64,000 nucleotides of DNA, taken from Phyllobates terribilis. Taxonomy: Eukaryota. The stretch lies in contig NW_027362768.1 of NCBI RefSeq assembly GCF_046119375.1, positions 266,352,001 to 266,416,000 on the forward strand, given 5' to 3'. The translations under genes and the position numbers were made by a program. The notes under the pieces are model-generated. The model worked only from the letters and a program-made list of their open reading frames with translations, was not told the DNA's origin and searched no databases. Positions 60,347 to 64,000 of the stretch are shown here, in pieces; position 1 is the stretch's first letter, and each line of letters starts with the position of its first letter.

Positions 60347-61086
60347 AGGGACTCTGTTAGCACAGAATGACTGTTTAAAATAAGCACAGGCATTCGTGCA
60401 CCCCTTGGCATGGCCAAACAGTTCAGTGCACCTTCCCACCTGCTTATTTTCCCTCTATTTCCACCCACTCTTTGGGTATGTTCACACACTGTTTTGCTGC
60501 GTATTTGTTGCAGATTTTTATGTAAATTTTCAGCTGCATTTTGCAGTACCAGCAAAGTGTATGAGAAACCTGAATTCACTGTTCCCACATGTTGCTTTTT
60601 GTTTGCTGCGTATTTTCAGTGATTAGAAAAACTCTGAAAGAAGTGACATGTCACTTCTTTCATCGTTTTTTCACCCATAGAAAGTAATGGGAGGGATGAA
60701 AAACGCTACAAATACGCATAAAAAACGCACCTGCGTGTGCACATACCCTTTGAGTGACAGCTCTGGCTTTATACAACGAGACAAGGGAGGAGATAGGTGG
60801 GAAGGTGCACTTAATGGGACTCTATCAGCACAGAATGACTGTTCAAACTAAGTACAGGTGCTTGGTGCACAAAGGCTTGGCCAATCATTTATAAACATTT
60901 TCCCACCTGCTTCTTTTCCCTCAATCTCCCCCCACCGTTCTTTGATTGACAGCTCTGGCTTCATAGAGCCAGAGAAGGGTGGAGATAGATGAAAACCAAG
61001 CAGGTGGGAAGGTGTGTATAAATGTCTGTCCCCGCCATGGAGCACCTGGACTTGGTTTCAACAGTCATTCTGTGCTGACAGTCCCT
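60347..61086. mobile_element. Two adjacent T2-like MITE copies (60347-60810, 60815-61086); the first carries a Harbinger-like insert at 60474-60748
   Basis: Both begin ttaa|(a/t)gggactct-t-agcacagaatgactgtt; right TIR aacagtcattctgtgctgacagtccct|ttaa; insert gggtatg...cataccc with TTT duplication. Confidence 0.75.
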
Positions 61087-62313
61087 TTAATTCTAGTGTG
61101 TCTGCATGTAATAAGGAATATGTGGCCAGAGATGGATGTTATACATAAGACAATGTGCAGGTAGTACTATGCTCAGTGGATGCACTATTGCATGTGGGTG
61201 CACATTCTCTGGGAGCCACCACCCGGCTCATTTGAGAACGATACTGTAGCAGCTTTTGGGGGAAAAAAAAAATCACACAAATTTGCACTAAATATGCTCC
61301 AAAATACTTTAATTTGGTAATCATTCGTTCAAATCCAATGACAAAAATGTAGAATACTGCAACAATTATGTGTTATTTTGTTTGTCAGGGTGCTGTAGAG
61401 GTGGTCCGGCATGTGGTGATGACAATTTCTACAGAGTGATGCTTGAATTTTTTTGAGGTTGAGAAAATGGCACATAATGCGCCAAACTAATAAGTGTTTT
61501 ACTTTGAGAAAGGAGCTGAAATGCGTTGGTACAATAAAGAAACAATTTGCAAAACAAAAGGCTTCTCCTGTTCAACGTGATACCATCCTCCTGTACTAAA
61601 CTGATGAGTACATGCATATTTGCCATAACTCACTAGACAAGTTACATTTGTTTTTTTCTTACAAATGTTACATTTTTATTTTTAAAATTCACATTGACCC
61701 TGAAGCTTTTTCAGTAAAATGCTCCAGCAGTTGATGGAAATTGGAGTTGTTAACTGTAGCACCCAAACTTGTTGCCCCATTTCCAAAAAGCTTCTGAAAA
61801 ACGAGAGCCGGAATCTCTTTCCTTCCGACAACTACTGCACTTTTCCCTGCACCAGTTTTATAGAATCTCCCCCATTGTACAAATTGAAAACCAAGATCCA
61901 CTCCTAGAAATGCATGTATAAGATGTATAAGAACCTGGAGTGGTGATAAAAGAGCTGTGACCTATAGAGGAGTATTATAGGGTTATACGCTGTCATGTGA
62001 ACACTGTAGGAGCCATCATACAAGGCTCACAAAAATCACCTACAAATGCAGCGGTGTTTACTGATGACAATCATATTGCCGTTTAGGAACACAATTCGTC
62101 TTACTATTGATTTTTTTCAGCGTCTCTCCCTAATCCCCAAGGAAAATTCATAGTGTCGTTTCTCTAAGATTCCCGGTTCATAGATAGCGAACCAGAGAAG
62201 AGAACATAAAAGTCACGTCAGTCACTACTATTGCATATTCCATCCAATTGTGTAATTATATGCTTGCACAGCACCAAAAGATGAAGGAATGCATAGGTTG
62301 CCACAATGCCTAA

Positions 62314-62763
62314 CCGTGTAGCCAATATCCCTCTCCACATCTCCCGTGTAGCCAATATCCCTCTCCATATCTCCCATGTAGCCAATATCCCTCTCCATAT
62401 CTCCCATGTAGCCAATATCCCTCTCCGTATCTCGTGTGTAGCCAATATCCCTCTCCGTATCTCGTGTGTAGCCAATATCCCTCTCCATATCTCCCGTGTA
62501 GCCAATATCCCTCTCCACATCTCCCGTGTAGCCAATATCCCTCTCCACATCGCCCGTGTAGCCAATATCCCTCTCTGTATCTCCCGTGTAGCCAATATCC
62601 CTCTCCGTATCTCCCGTGTAGCCAATATCCCTCTCTGTATCTCCCGTGTAGCCAATATCCCTCTCCATATCTCCCGTGTAGCCAATATCCCTCTCCATAT
62701 CTCCCATGTAGCCAGTATCCCTCTCCACATCTCCCGTGTAGCCAATATCCCTCTCCATATCTC
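62314..62763. repeat. 30-bp minisatellite, 15 units
   Basis: ccgtgtagccaatatccctctccatatctc; source of ORFs 62218-62859. Confidence 0.97.
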
Positions 62764-63216
62764 ACTGCCTTTGGTCTTTCGACGTGTCACTTGCTAAATG
62801 ATGTCTTTCAGAGACAGGCCCATGTCAGCTGTCGGTCCTCCTCCTATGTTTGCTTCTAATTATTTAAACCCTGCTCAGAACTTCCACACCATGCCATTCA
62901 CACCATAGAGTTGGTGCGAATCCATTCTCCCATCCCGATCTATTTACCAAGTTAGTAACCTGTGGCCGCTGGACAGGAGCCATGTGAGGCGGCTCTTCTT
63001 TTGATTACCTGGCCTGGCGTGATGTCACTTGTGCATCATGTCACAATGATGACGTCATGCCAGGCTGGCTACTCAAAAGAAGAGCTGTGGATGCCAGGAG
63101 ATTAGAGGAGGTACTCATGGCTCCTGTCCAGCAGCCACAGATTACTCACAAATCCCCTTAGGCTGGCCCCATCCATTCCCAGTTAAAGGGGTTTTACAGG
63201 TTTCCTGGCAGATTGG

Positions 63217-64000
63217 CGAATCCTGACAGTAGGCATTTCACACACTGTCACAACCATGAATACTGACAGTATGCATTCCACACACTGTCACAACCCTGAT
63301 TCCTGACAGTATGCATTCCACTCACTGTCACAACCCTGAATCTTGACAGTATGCATTCCACACACTGTCACAACCCTGAATCCTGACAGTATGCATTCCA
63401 AACACTGTCACAACCCTGAATCCTGACAGTATGCTTTCCACTCACTGTTCCAACCCTGAATCTTGACTGTATGCATTGCACTCACTGTCACAACGTATGC
63501 ATTCCACACACTGTCACAACCCTAAATCCTAACAGTATGCATTCCACTCACTGTCACAACCCTGAATCCTGACAGTATGCATTCCACTCACTGTCACAAC
63601 CCTGAATCCTGACAGTATGCATTCCACTCACTGTTCCAACCCTGAATCCTGACAGTATGCATTCCACTCACTGTCACAACCCTGAATCCTGACAATGTGC
63701 ATTCCACACACTGTCACAACGTATGCATTCCACTCACTGTCACAACCCTGAAACCTGACAGTATGCATTCCACTCACTGTCACAACCCTGAATCCTGACT
63801 GTATGCATTCCACTCACTGTTCCAACCCTGAATCCTGACAGTATGCATTCCACACACTGTCACAACCCTAAATCCTGACAGTATGCATTCCACTCACAGT
63901 CACAACCCTGAATCCTGACAGTATGCATTCCACACAGTCACAACCCTGAATCCTGACAGTATGCATTCCAAAGACTGTCACCACCCTGAATCCTGACAGT
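63217..64000. repeat. 40-bp minisatellite, about 19 units or more, runs off the window
   Basis: ctgaatcctgacagtatgcattccactcactgtcacaacc; each unit has a tgacagt...actgtca palindrome. Confidence 0.97.

Noticed and set aside
61702-61750. IDPE...EIGVV resemblance to PMM1 exon 2
   Set aside because: The two motifs are in different frames, spacing is wrong, there is an in-frame stop, and there is no upstream AG.
62218-62859. Repetitive ORFs of 141-190 aa
   Set aside because: Translations of the 30-bp CCAAT minisatellite.
1-64000. tRNA, rRNA, snoRNA, prokaryotic or viral systems
   Set aside because: None recognisable by eye; a covariance-model scan (Infernal/tRNAscan-SE) would be needed to exclude small ncRNAs.

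Overview
Vertebrate genomic DNA, most likely a frog (inferred from the TE repertoire: TTAA-flanked T2/Kolobok-like MITEs, Harbinger-like MITEs, a DIRS element, CR1/L2/L1 LINEs and several Tc1 families). Three conserved genes lie in the same arrangement as at human 22q13.2. XRCC6/Ku70 is on the minus strand, with coding exons 2-8 visible and the 3' exons not found (probably left of the window). DESI1 is complete on the plus strand (6 exons, 169 aa) and is head-to-head with XRCC6 across a short CpG-rich promoter. The first coding exon of PMM1 follows on the plus strand. Introns and intergenic space are packed with often nested transposons and minisatellites, and there is a 318-nt assembly gap. 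There is no CRISPR, rRNA or tRNA, and most long ORFs in the track are tandem-repeat artefacts. Best leads: (i) palindromic MITEs carry a consensus splice donor on both strands, each paired in a hairpin with a U1-5'-end-like arm, suggesting self-masking of donors; (ii) a DD35E (Traveler-type) Tc1 element is one base from intact; (iii) a CR1 with an uninterrupted 910-aa ORF2 leaves a strong in-frame cryptic acceptor before the last DESI1 exon; (iv) an RT-deleted DIRS element keeps its ITR/ICR cis system; (v) one MITE family has seeded two different minisatellites; (vi) a perfect 7x50-bp VNTR lies beside the Ku70/DESI1 promoter.
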